From the IMG/VR virus record IMGVR_UViG_3300036832_001373, positions 83,530 to 147,529 of that record: a stretch of 64,000 bases of DNA; one strand, 5' to 3'. The notes beneath the pieces were generated by a model. That model was given only the letters and a program-made list of their open reading frames with translations. It did not search any database and had not been told where the DNA came from. Below, piece by piece: positions 32,408 to 41,633 of the stretch; position 1 is the stretch's first letter, and each line of letters begins with the position of its first letter. The DNA comes from a virus. Both the position numbers and the translations under genes were made by a program.

Positions 32408-33016
32408 TTACAGTTCATAATGACTACCTGGAAAGATTCCATAGATACACCTACCTGTACAACCATTCTCGTCTATATCTTCAATAGAGTACTCTCCATT
32501 TGGCAAGTTAGTATAAAACAATTCCATTGTAAGTACCTGAGGATGGCCTTCCTCGACTGGCTTATCTAGCCACTCGAAAATTCTAATTATCTTACTCACA
32601 TTTCTAGCGTTCCGAAGAATTCTAGCTGGATCTTCCGTATGTTGTAAACAATTATAAATCAAAACTTCGTCAAAAATTTCTTCTTCAAAGTGATGGTCTA
32701 CCTCTTCTCCTTTTATAAGAAAAAAGTGGATACCAGCATCCCCATATCGTTGATAAATCCATCTAGGAAACTCACAAGGATCGACCACAGTCCCATCAAC
32801 ATTAATACACTTGAGAAGTAAGGATACAGGTCCTCCTCCTATGTCTAGAACTGACTTTCCTTCCATGTCAATTGTAAAAGGACGCCAATCCTCAGTACAA
32901 AATTTTAATCCCATTCTCTTAGCATAAATAATTTGTTTACGTTCTTCATTAAAAGTATTGGTGCAGTTTCCCCACCAATGCTTTTCCCATTCATTTACGT
33001 CTTTCCAATTGGTCAT
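32408..33016 (-). CDS. Class I SAM-dependent methyltransferase
   Basis: VLDIGGGP motif I; FDEVLIYNCLQHTEDP. Confidence 0.85.
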   Translation of the reverse strand: MTNWKDVNEWEKHWWGNCTNTFNEERKQIIYAKRMGLKFCTEDWRPFTIDMEGKSVLDIGGGPVSLLLKCINVDGTVVDPCEFPRWIYQRYGDAGIHFFLIKGEEVDHHFEEEIFDEVLIYNCLQHTEDPARILRNARNVSKIIRIFEWLDKPVEEGHPQVLTMELFYTNLPNGEYSIEDIDENGCTGRCIYGIFPGSHYEL

Positions 33017-33038
33017 TTAATTCATTTTAATGTTGAGA

Positions 33039-33114
33039 AGAGTGGGATAGAGCACAGGGAGATCCGATCCCACTCTCCTACCTGAGACGAAACGCCCAAG
33101 TTATCGTCTCAAGG
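33039..33114. repeat. Double-hairpin intergenic element, unit A
   Basis: Stems AGAGTGGGAT/ATCCCACTCT and TGAGACGA/TCGTCTCA. Confidence 0.65.
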
Positions 33115-33124
33115 ACGTAGTTGG

Positions 33125-33961
33125 TTACTTCTTACCAGTAGGCAGAGGATTCACTACCGGTGCATTAGGATCAGTAGGTTTTCCAGGTTCACCAGGACCA
33201 CCAGGACCCTGTGGAGGATGAGGTTTATCACCCTCTCCCTGAGGGAGCCAAACCCAGCCATAAACCGGACTCCAAGCCCAGCTACCACCAGGCTTATCTC
33301 CAGAAGGACCACTACCTCCAGGAGGAGTCCCACCACCTACTGGTGGGAAGTAGATCGGAGGAGTAGGTCTCGGATCGGTTGGTCCCCAGATTCCAAGAGG
33401 AGGAACACCACCACCTCCTCCAGGAGGATAGTAGATCGGAGGCATTGCTACCGGAGGCCAGCCAGGGATCGGCTGAGGACCGGGAGGGCTGATGTCAACG
33501 TAGGGAGGAAGAAAGATCGGATGGGCAGGTACTCCAGGAGCAATCGCGTCTGGTGGAATCACGATCGGGTGTGATGGCATCGGAGGAGGAAGTACGATCG
33601 GATGGGTAGGTACTCCGGGTGCAAGTCCATCCGGAGGAATCACGATTGGGTGTGCTGGGTGAATCGGGATGTAGATCGGATGAGTCGGGACTCCCGGTGC
33701 AATTGCATCCGGAGGAATTACGATCGGATGGGAAGGTGTAGGAGGATAGTAGATCGGAGGCATCACACTTGGAGGAGGACCTCCCGGAGCGATAGGATGC
33801 GCCGGATAGGGTGGATAATAAATCGGAGGCATCACAGTCGGAGGTGGTCCTCCGGGAGCGATAGGGTGAGCAGGACCAGGACCACCTGGCATCGGACCAC
33901 CACCCACACCTAAATCAGTGTAGGTCATTGTACCTATGATAGTAACAGGGATACTTGCCAT
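33125..33961 (-). CDS. Proline-rich repeat protein (P-x-HPI-x-x-PP repeats)
   Basis: Start MASIPV at 33961 has RBS GGGAG; about ten HPI/PPIYYPP units; aromatic C-terminal W-x-W-SP-x-YGWVW. Confidence 0.7.
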   Translation of the reverse strand: MASIPVTIIGTMTYTDLGVGGGPMPGGPGPAHPIAPGGPPPTVMPPIYYPPYPAHPIAPGGPPPSVMPPIYYPPTPSHPIVIPPDAIAPGVPTHPIYIPIHPAHPIVIPPDGLAPGVPTHPIVLPPPMPSHPIVIPPDAIAPGVPAHPIFLPPYVDISPPGPQPIPGWPPVAMPPIYYPPGGGGGVPPLGIWGPTDPRPTPPIYFPPVGGGTPPGGSGPSGDKPGGSWAWSPVYGWVWLPQGEGDKPHPPQGPGGPGEPGKPTDPNAPVVNPLPTGKK

Positions 33962-34082
33962 ATTTGTATTCTCCCAGTTGTTCTCTCCCATGTTTACAAT
34001 AACGACAGCCCCGACCTGGGAGAGAATCCAATCGGGACCGCCGCCCTCCATCTAGCCAAAAGCCAGATAAAGGCTCGGAAGT

Positions 34083-34110
34083 TAGGGAAACTACTCCCTA
34101 AAACGTTAAC
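34083..34110 (+). promoter_or_regulatory. Phage promoter-like motif, copy 2
   Basis: TAGGGAAACTA-CTCCCTA-AAACGTTAAC, followed by RBS AGGAGG and ATG at 34132. Confidence 0.75.
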
Positions 34111-34131
34111 TCTTGAATAGGAGGATTCAAA

Positions 34132-34638
34132 ATGGAATATAGTAAGCATCCCTACTACAAGTACTTTAAGCACATGATTGAAAGAGGTAGAAAGTTTGGA
34201 TCAGACTTTACCTTTGGTAAAGAAGAATTTTATAGATGGTTACCTATCATAGGACCAATACCCGAAGGTATGATACGACCTACAGTAGGTAGGTATGACC
34301 ACTCTAAAGGCTACATATTCGACCAAGAAAATAATAGATGGAATTTTAGGTGGGAAGAATTAAGTGAAAACAATCGTGACGGAGGGAAAAGAGGATTTAA
34401 GAAACAATTTGAATTAGGAAAGAATCCATTTCAAGATGGAACGGCATCTATATCTTCTGTGGCTAGTCCTAATCATGTCAGTAAGACTGGAAAGTCAGGA
34501 ATGCATACAGGAGCAGCGTGGAGAGCGTCCATTTCTAGTCCGAATCACGTATCAAAACGAGTACTTACTTGTCCAACTTGTGGTTACACATGTGTGGGTC
34601 CACTAGGAATGTGTAGCCACAAGAAAACTCACGAGTAG
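34132..34638 (+). CDS. Putative HNH-type homing endonuclease carrying the family C-terminal module (member 4)
   Basis: RPTVGRYDHSKGY...NFRW...ENN resembles HNH_3-type S-x-DRID-x-x-KGY...N-x-RW; SPNHVSK repeats; CPTCG. Confidence 0.55.
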   Translation: MEYSKHPYYKYFKHMIERGRKFGSDFTFGKEEFYRWLPIIGPIPEGMIRPTVGRYDHSKGYIFDQENNRWNFRWEELSENNRDGGKRGFKKQFELGKNPFQDGTASISSVASPNHVSKTGKSGMHTGAAWRASISSPNHVSKRVLTCPTCGYTCVGPLGMCSHKKTHE

Positions 34639-34690
34639 TTAAACTCCTCCTGTTAGGTAAGGCTCGGAAGATAGTATCTAATTGGAGAAA

Positions 34691-34770
34691 GAAGTGGAGC
34701 TTTCATTTGCCTGGGTAAGCTCCACCTCCCTACACTACCTAAGTCGCAAGGAGAACACCTAGGTAGTGCA
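34691..34770. repeat. Double-hairpin intergenic element, unit D
   Basis: Stems GTGGAGCTT/AAGCTCCAC and CACTACCTA/TAGGTAGTG. Confidence 0.55.
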
Positions 34771-34814
34771 ACTATCAACAAAGTATTATATTAAGTTACT
34801 ATGTACGATCTCTA

Positions 34815-35471
34815 TTATCCCATTACTACCCATCCAATTCCATCCCTATAACCAGCAAAGACTTGGTTTGTTCCTCCGCCAGCTGTAATAACTTGTCCTT
34901 GATTTTTAGTATTTGAGTCTGAAACTGAGGCCATCATTCCAAAAACAGGTGAAGCAGGTAACTGTGCAAATGTCATTGGAAGATTATTAATTATACCTAC
35001 AACACGTATATTAGCTCCAACATTCAAATAACCACCAATACCAACACCTCCAGCTACTACAAGATCACCTGTAGTGGGTGAAGTTGAAACTGTTCCAACT
35101 CCACAATGAACAGTCGCACTATCGAAAGTTAAACTAGGATCACCAGCAAAATTACCTCCATAATTAAACTGAATAGACCCTCCAGGTGCTCCTGGAGGAT
35201 TAAATGGTCCAGTAGGTCCAACAGGTCCTAAAGGTCCAGTAGGTCCAGTAGATCCTTGAGGTCCAGTTGGTCCTCCTGCAGGACCAGTAGCTCCTGGAGG
35301 TCCAGATGGTCCAGTAGCTCCAACTGGTCCTTCAACGCCACCAGGTTGAAATATAGCTGCATTCATATCACGAAGAAGTGTCTTAAGTTTAAAAACGTCT
35401 GTACCACCTAAAATATTAGGTTGTAGACTACCAGTAATATCTGCATCTATATCAGCTTGAGTGATAGCCAC
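34815..35471 (-). CDS. Short collagen-like fibre (possible head fibre)
   Basis: GXY stretch, IQFN-x-GG-x-FAG, and [13 protein letters not shown] fibre repeat; lies downstream of the major capsid gene. Confidence 0.65.
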   Translation of the reverse strand: MAITQADIDADITGSLQPNILGGTDVFKLKTLLRDMNAAIFQPGGVEGPVGATGPSGPPGATGPAGGPTGPQGSTGPTGPLGPVGPTGPFNPPGAPGGSIQFNYGGNFAGDPSLTFDSATVHCGVGTVSTSPTTGDLVVAGGVGIGGYLNVGANIRVVGIINNLPMTFAQLPASPVFGMMASVSDSNTKNQGQVITAGGGTNQVFAGYRDGIGWVVMG

Positions 35472-35514
35472 TAAACTTACTCCTAAGTTTAGGACAAAGG
35501 CTAGGATATTAACG

Positions 35515-35693
35515 AGGAAGGTAGGATAGCGGCTCGCGGATCCTACCTTCCTATTGAGACGAGGAGCTTCGGGTTCTTCGTCTCAAACTACTAAGAGGTG
35601 GAGAGCACTAGCGCCCAGTAAAGACTCTCCACCTCTAGGAGACGAGAAAGCTAGTCCAGGGATGTAACTAGCTAGGGATGATCTCGTCTCAAA
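35515..35693. repeat. Two tandem double-hairpin elements, units B and C
   Basis: B: AGGAAGGTAGGAT/ATCCTACCTTCCT plus TTGAGACGA..cUUCGg..TCGTCTCAA. C: AGAGGTGGAGAG/CTCTCCACCTCT plus GAGACGAGA/TCTCGTCTC. Confidence 0.7.
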
Positions 35694-35703
35694 CCTAGGT
35701 TTT

Positions 35704-35731
35704 TAGGGGAACTAGTGTTTGGAACGTTAAC
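35704..35731 (+). promoter_or_regulatory. Phage promoter-like motif, copy 3
   Basis: TAGGGGAACTA-GTGTTTG-GAACGTTAAC, then RBS GAGGAG and ATG at 35755. Confidence 0.75.
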
Positions 35732-35754
35732 TCTTTTGGAAAGAGGAGTACAAC

Positions 35755-36273
35755 ATGTTCTATAGAATCTATTATGTAGTTGGAGTAAAAGTAGGATGTA
35801 CCGTACAAACAGTAGAGGCAAGATGTAGATATCAAAATCTTTGGGAAGGTTATGTCGTAGAAATTTTAGAAATTATACCTTTAGAATTTGGAGCTAAGTT
35901 TGCTGGTAATCAAGAACGATTTTGGCAATGGTATTATAGATGTGAAGAAAAAGAGAATACTCACTACGAAAGAAATTGGGGTACTAATCTGACTCCTGAA
36001 AGGAGATCAGAGGTCGCTCGTACTACTAGTGGATTTGCGACCGGAGCAGCTGGACGAGCTTCGTTAGCTAGTCCTAAGCATACTAGTAAAACAGGTAGAA
36101 CAGGAATGCAGACTATAGTTAAGTGTCCTTACTGTCCTAAAGAAGGACGTCAGATGCCAATGAAACGTTGGCACTTTAATAATTGTCCAGAGTTGAAGAA
36201 AATGTACCAAAGATGGTACAGAGAATATAGTATCGTGACTCCTGATAATCCTAACTTGTACTATGTAGACTAG
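35755..36273 (+). CDS. Putative homing endonuclease, family member 5
   Basis: YRIYY..GVKVGCT...AKFAGNQERFWQWYY; CPYC...MKRWHFNNC. Confidence 0.6.
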   Translation: MFYRIYYVVGVKVGCTVQTVEARCRYQNLWEGYVVEILEIIPLEFGAKFAGNQERFWQWYYRCEEKENTHYERNWGTNLTPERRSEVARTTSGFATGAAGRASLASPKHTSKTGRTGMQTIVKCPYCPKEGRQMPMKRWHFNNCPELKKMYQRWYREYSIVTPDNPNLYYVD

Positions 36274-36281
36274 AGCTTAGA

Positions 36282-36309
36282 ATTGGGGAGGGAGATCTCC
36301 CTCCCCAAT
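36282..36309. terminator. Perfect 28-bp palindrome between convergent genes (likely bidirectional terminator)
   Basis: ATTGGGGAGGGAGATCTCCCTCCCCAAT, 11 nt after the spliced MCP stop. Confidence 0.7.
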
Positions 36310-36320
36310 CGTGACTGCGA

Positions 36321-38147
36321 TTACGCAGAGTAGTTAGAAACTGTGCCCTTCACAAAATATCCTGGGTTGTTGACGAACATATCGTACCAGCTTTGTTATC
36401 GCTAAGGTTCTTTATCCCTAGCTTCTTACGCTTTCACGTAAGCTCAGACTATATCATCATCCAAGACTAAAAACTTGGAGTCCGGCGCTCGTGGAGGAAT
36501 TATCGCCTACGGTCAGAGACCGCTTACGGCTCACCTCTAGTCGTTGCTCCTTCAAGGGACTTTCATCCCAAGCTTGGATCAGGATTGCCCTCGTCTTCAC
36601 GTTAGGGTGTTCCCTGAGTTCACCGGATTTAGTGTCCACCTTCAATGATATGTAATGGACATCAAACCTTGCTGGTTTTGTAACGTCGGGGCTTGGAACA
36701 CAGGTGTGAAGTAAATTGGTATCCATTCGGCCAAAATTATGGACGAATCACCTGCCATGTATCCCTTGTACCCGCAGATAAAGTCGTTCGTGTTCAGGAC
36801 TTTGAGGGTCTTGATCACAGGAAGAGTACCATCCCTCAAATGGCCAAGAACGTGAGCACCAATCGGAGCAGTGATCGGTGCACGAACGAAGCCCTTGGTA
36901 GCAGCCAGAAGGTTACAGGCATTGGCTCCAGCTAGGACCCAAGAGAGACCACCACGACCCATCGTGCCTTGAATCAATGCTTCAGCTTCGTTGATCTTCA
37001 GCTCGATATCCGCATACTTCGATTGACGATCGAAGTACTGAGGAGACTGAGTCGCGTCGAAGTTCAAGGTAGCCTGAGGTGCAGCAGCTTGGTTGATCAG
37101 ATACATGAGCGCATTGTCTCGCTCATTCTTTAGGAACTGACCAGCGAGCTCAGCCAAAGTGTCTTGCACATCGATGGCTAGATGCGCCGACGCAGCAAGA
37201 CCAGCTGCCACCGAGTAGGTGAACTTCAGAGGATGGATCTTAGCTTTGACAGGGACGGTGATCAAGTCGAACTCGATCTCGTTGATGCCAGCAGTATTAG
37301 ATTCAGAGCTCCAGGCGTACTGAGCGTAGATAGCAGAGCCAGTGGTCGGAGCCGTCAGGAATTTGATGGCAGTAGCGCCAGCAGTACCACCAGTGTAGGT
37401 GATAGTATTCGGACCAGCAGGATCTAAGACACCAGCAGGACCAATTAGACCACCAGAACCGTTGTCAGTAACAACTACTGTATTACCACCAACCACTGCT
37501 ACGATTGAGACAGTGCTAGGCTGGATCGGGGTACGACCTAAGGTCCAGGTGTAGGTGACAGTAGCAGCCGGAACGCTAGCGACAACCTTCTCGTTCACCA
37601 CTTCCGAAGCGTAGTCGTAGGTGGCAGTCTTGAAGATTTCTTGACCAGCTACGACAGGACCGACATCTGTCGCAGGCAGAGAGTTGGAGAAGATTGGCTT
37701 CATCACGAAGATTTCACCAACCTGACCATCGATTGGTTGGATGTCAACTAGTTCTGGAGCCACCATATTAGGATAGAAGATACGGACGACGTCCAGAACT
37801 CGAGGGTTCAACGCACCGAGGTTGGTTTGAACGGTAGTTTCACCGTAGAGATTCTTGGCTTGCTCAAGGAATGCTCGGGTTTTTTCGACGGCGAGCATTG
37901 TGAGAGCAGCTTTCCATTGGTCCTTGGGGTTGTTGGACTCAAAGAGGGCACCGATACCGGTCCACTCACTGTACTTACGGTTACGTTTGTTCTGGATATC
38001 ATAGAACTCTCCCTCATCAAAGAGTCGAGCTCCGGTCTTGATCTTGTTCTCACGGAACAAGACAGCTGCTGAGTCCTTGTTTTCAGTCATTAGCAAGGAC
38101 GGATTGATCCTTGAGGCCGTCTCGGCCAATTCGTTTAAGAGACCCAT
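36321..38147 (-). CDS. Major capsid protein (T4 gp23-like), spliced: exon1 36655-38147, exon2 36321-36387, 519 aa
   Basis: Motifs ELVDIQPI-x-G-x-VGEIF, V-x-AK...LK..YS, GYKG...D...I..A-x-WIP. Splicing gives the C-terminus GLMSMYDMFVNNPGYFVKGTVSNYSA*, matching the gp23 G-x-x-x-x-Y...NP...YF ending. Confidence 0.9.
36388..36654 (-). mobile_element. Group I self-splicing intron (267 nt, no credible internal ORF) in major capsid gene
   Basis: P1 UGUCCAU/GUGGACA with U.G at the splice site. R element GCAACGACUA and S element GAUAUAGUCU. Terminal G at 36388. Intron 5' UACAUAUC complements exon2 GUAC-GAUAUG (P10). Confidence 0.88.
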
Positions 38148-38209
38148 TTTGATGGTCCGTTCATATCAGAAGACTTTTAGAGCTTGTCTAGATTCTTACG
38201 AAGAGAGGT

Positions 38210-39616
38210 CTATACCCAGCCTTGCCTATTTCCAGAGTAGGAAGGACTAGGTGGTGGACCGTGTGCCTTGTCGAGATTTTCAACTGCTGGTCGCTTACCA
38301 GAAAGATTTTCATTAACGCGAGTAGCAGTACCCTTAGAGCTTATGAAACTCTTTGGATCCTTGTCTTGGATTTCAATAAGTTGATTGTAGAGAGTGTTTA
38401 CAATTCTACGGAGAACAATAGCGTTCTCAGCAAATTGATCACCAATACGAATTGTATTATCAAGTCTAGTTTCAAGATTAATAATAAGATCTCGAGCTTC
38501 TTTCTGAATACGTCGTACAGTACGAAGCGATCTCTCGGTAATATCTCGAGCTTGAGCAGTTGTACTACCATCATTTAATTTGGCAACAGATTCTTCAAGT
38601 TCCTCGTATATAGTAGCAGAAACTTCTTCGTATGCTGCCAATCTAGTTTGGAATTGATTTTGCTCTTCTTCAAAACTTTCAGCCATTGTCTTATAATGGA
38701 CAGCTAGATTTTGAGTAGCCTCTAGCTCACGGAGAGCCTTATTAAGAGCGTCTTGGTTTTTATCTTTGTCATAGTTAGGAGGATTGTTAAGAGGAGGTGC
38801 ACTTTCAATCCCATAGATCTGATCGGTAAGAGATTCTAAGAGAGACAGATCTTTTACTCCACCCTCTACAGCAGAACGCTGCATAGACAACAACGATTTA
38901 GTAATCTCTGTTGAGATCGGACCTTTGAGTTTGTTATTGTCAAAGTTGGCAGCTCTGAACGCATCCACAGCCCTTTTGAGATCAAACATATTACTGTTCT
39001 CCAACTGTTCTGTTATCATGGAAGCTAGTTCGGCTGAGATCGACTCTGTCTGAATCTCAAAGGTTCCAGGACTAGCGAATGTACCAGCAGAGGGATTTCC
39101 CACCGCGTCAGTTCCAAGCCAGTCGTAGTTCTCTACGTGTTTGGTCTCTTCATTAAGTTGACCAAGGCCACGTATAGAAGTACCGAAACTAGCACCAGCT
39201 TCAGCTAAGGCTCGAAGATTTTTTCCATTGGCCGTGTTAAGAACTAACCAATCATTCATCAAGATGTCTTTACCTTTATCATTTTTCTTGATATAAGCGT
39301 CTAAAATTACATGAGAAGACTGTATCGGACTAACATGAGAACTATCTTTTGGATGATCATCAGCGCTACAAAGCATTCTCTTATTCTTGAATGCACCGTT
39401 GTGCCTTAATTTATTTATGGAATGTTCAAGAACATTTTTAGAATACGTTCTTCCATTACCATTTTTCTCATCCAAGACAGTAGCAGGTACACCTTTCAGT
39501 ATCATCATACCAGTTTTATTAACTTCTAGAACAATAGATGGAGGTATATCTTTAACTCTACATGTAAGTCCTGAATCTTCTATAAGAAGTACTTGATCCA
39601 TAGCCTTGATCTCCAC
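38210..39616 (-). CDS. Prohead protease (gp21-like) fused to coiled-coil scaffold (gp22-like)
   Basis: NGNGRTYS, DHP, GTSIRGLG and DAVGNPS protease motifs in the first ~200 aa; helical acidic C-terminal half; immediately upstream of MCP. Confidence 0.85.
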   Translation of the reverse strand: MEIKAMDQVLLIEDSGLTCRVKDIPPSIVLEVNKTGMMILKGVPATVLDEKNGNGRTYSKNVLEHSINKLRHNGAFKNKRMLCSADDHPKDSSHVSPIQSSHVILDAYIKKNDKGKDILMNDWLVLNTANGKNLRALAEAGASFGTSIRGLGQLNEETKHVENYDWLGTDAVGNPSAGTFASPGTFEIQTESISAELASMITEQLENSNMFDLKRAVDAFRAANFDNNKLKGPISTEITKSLLSMQRSAVEGGVKDLSLLESLTDQIYGIESAPPLNNPPNYDKDKNQDALNKALRELEATQNLAVHYKTMAESFEEEQNQFQTRLAAYEEVSATIYEELEESVAKLNDGSTTAQARDITERSLRTVRRIQKEARDLIINLETRLDNTIRIGDQFAENAIVLRRIVNTLYNQLIEIQDKDPKSFISSKGTATRVNENLSGKRPAVENLDKAHGPPPSPSYSGNRQGWV

Positions 39617-39754
39617 CTAAGCGTGAAGGTATAGCTTATCCTAGTTCTAAATTTAGGGTATACCTTGGGCAGTGGCGTAACGCCTATAGACCCAAGTTCA
39701 CTAAATCTAGTAAAACTCAGAAAAAATTATTAATTTATTGGTATAAAAGATCCT

Positions 39755-40405
39755 TTAAATTATACTGAGACTCACCCTATTCAAAAGAAGACTGTCACGT
39801 TGTAGCCTTCTAATCTTGTTAACTTTTGATCCCATTAGGTCAGCTGAGTCGAGACCAGAGTCGGCTTTAGAGATAAAAGTCTTAGTTCTACTATGATAAA
39901 ATCCTCTGTCATTGGAATCAAACTTGTCTTTATGTATAGGGTCTATCTCATCAGCGTGCCTATCGATTATATCGTTATGAGTTTCACCTTTACGTCCTAC
40001 ATACATTTTTCCTGTATCAGGATGTCGGAAGGCAGGATACAGAAACCTTAAAGCTTCCCTGCCTTCTGGAGTAGACATATCTAAACGTTCTTCTAGGCTT
40101 TCAGTACCATATTTTCTTAGTCGCTGAGTCCTAGTCATCAGATCAGTAGAGTTAAAGTCTACTTCTGGACCATCGTGGAATGATTTTCTCCGTGAATCAT
40201 AATAACCAGTACGATACTCTGGACTAGCCATGTGGTCATAGTTAGGTATGACTTTTCTAAACACGTCTGCGTGTTCGTCTCCTCTCCTACCTACTGTAAT
40301 TTTACCAGTCACTCTATGCATAATAGCAGGAATTAGTCTAGCTTTCCATTGTTTAGTACCTACATCATCATAACTATCTTCTAAAATATCTAATACGTAG
40401 CTCAT
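39755..40405 (-). CDS. Putative head internal protein with two PAxxHxxTGK domains
   Basis: Leader MSYVLDILE; tandem ~85-aa repeat separated by GTESLEE. Confidence 0.6.
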   Translation of the reverse strand: MSYVLDILEDSYDDVGTKQWKARLIPAIMHRVTGKITVGRRGDEHADVFRKVIPNYDHMASPEYRTGYYDSRRKSFHDGPEVDFNSTDLMTRTQRLRKYGTESLEERLDMSTPEGREALRFLYPAFRHPDTGKMYVGRKGETHNDIIDRHADEIDPIHKDKFDSNDRGFYHSRTKTFISKADSGLDSADLMGSKVNKIRRLQRDSLLLNRVSLSII

Positions 40406-40842
40406 GCTGGAACCCGTCGTCTTTCTCTTCTACGAGCTTCAACGAACTCTTCAAGTTCCTCAGGCTGAACTCCGAAGCAGGCTACAATATGAGATTTAAG
40501 ATCGTGAGGTGAAGAATCAAAAACTATTGAGACATCTATTAGAGAACGGGCTAGAGACGGGTTGTACTGAACAAGGAAAGAGTGTATATCAATAAGTTTA
40601 GTTGATATAGGGAGTATCTCACGAATCAGAGGAAGAACCTCACGGATTTCGTCTCTAGATAATTTAGTTGCCATTATTGGAGTTATAAATCTGGACCAGC
40701 GGGATGGACGTCCATCTCGAGTTACACACATATAGTGTGAATAATAGTGAGCTTTATTCCTGATATAGTAAGGGCAGTCAATTATAAATCTCCACTGTGA
40801 TCTATAGTGACGTGCTTTTACTCTTGAGAGATCGAGATCCAT
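40402..40842 (-). CDS. Hypothetical protein
   Basis: Operonic ORF. Confidence 0.55.
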   Translation of the reverse strand: MDLDLSRVKARHYRSQWRFIIDCPYYIRNKAHYYSHYMCVTRDGRPSRWSRFITPIMATKLSRDEIREVLPLIREILPISTKLIDIHSFLVQYNPSLARSLIDVSIVFDSSPHDLKSHIVACFGVQPEELEEFVEARRRERRRVPA

Positions 40843-41313
40843 TTAGTCTCTCGTTTGATTGTAAGTTGCCATAGTGTCTTCAAGCTTAGCGTAGCCCTGC
40901 TCTCTTATAATTCTCTCTAAAGCTTCTTTATCCAACTCTTTGCATTCTTCCAACATAGTCTTATAGAGTTCACCAAGACCAGAGATATATTTATTTATTG
41001 GTATGTAAACTCCTAGGTTAGGATAGGTAGTATAATCAATAACAACAGGTTGACCTAACAGGAATTTATTCCTCAACCTCTCGTATACTAAACGGTCCTT
41101 GATATAATTTTGCCAGAATCTATCTAGATCCCAATAAGATGCTATATATTCTAAATCGTTGCCAATTTCTTTTATCAAAACCCATTCTTTAGGGTAATAC
41201 TCATGTATAAGAACTCCTTCCGGGATGAAGGAAGCTTCCTTAACTCCTTCATTAACTGAAGTAACACCATCTACTCTTTCAGGTAATTCATATTGTGGAG
41301 GTATAATTTTCAT
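40843..41313 (-). CDS. Hypothetical protein
   Basis: Operonic ORF. Confidence 0.55.
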   Translation of the reverse strand: MKIIPPQYELPERVDGVTSVNEGVKEASFIPEGVLIHEYYPKEWVLIKEIGNDLEYIASYWDLDRFWQNYIKDRLVYERLRNKFLLGQPVVIDYTTYPNLGVYIPINKYISGLGELYKTMLEECKELDKEALERIIREQGYAKLEDTMATYNQTRD

Positions 41314-41633
41314 AAGTGTTTCCTATAGTCATAGTTATACTTTCTTATATGTGTAAAAGAAGTGTTTCCTTTCTGATTAGAATCGTACGGTCCAAACTTG
41401 TTTGGTGAAATCCCCAAATGTCTTGCAACCTCATTATGAGTATTGTCATGCGCATGCCATAGATAGTAATCCTTATTCTTGTCGATAATATATCGAACCG
41501 GAGCATCTTGTCCTACTCTAGCCTCCATCCCTTTTAACTCATCCTTTGATGGATTAACTAGGATATGATGTTCATTCCCCATAGTGGAAGGCACTTTCTC
41601 GATTTTCTCTAAAACTTGTAGAAGGATACTCAA
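41310..41633 (-). CDS. Putative head internal protein (leader MSILLQVLE)
   Basis: Leader; His-rich body. Confidence 0.55.
   Translation of the reverse strand: MSILLQVLEKIEKVPSTMGNEHHILVNPSKDELKGMEARVGQDAPVRYIIDKNKDYYLWHAHDNTHNEVARHLGISPNKFGPYDSNQKGNTSFTHIRKYNYDYRKHL

Noticed and set aside
33039-35693. Hairpin units as CRISPR or TIGR array, or tRNAs
   Set aside because: No regular repeat-spacer period, no cas or Nop-domain gene recognised, and no cloverleaf with T-loop/CCA.
35704-35731. Promoter motif as host EcfG/sigmaT promoter (GGAAC-N16/17-CGTT)
   Set aside because: Spacing here is 12 nt and GGAAC is not conserved in all copies.
36388-36660. Alternative capsid splice junction giving GLMSWYD
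   Set aside because: It would need a 5' exon ending in C. The AT|G junction gives the canonical U.G pair, a terminal G and P10.
36457-36726. 89-aa ORF overlapping the capsid intron (possible intron-encoded nuclease)
   Set aside because: Starts in the MCP exon in another frame, runs through the ribozyme core and has no nuclease motif.
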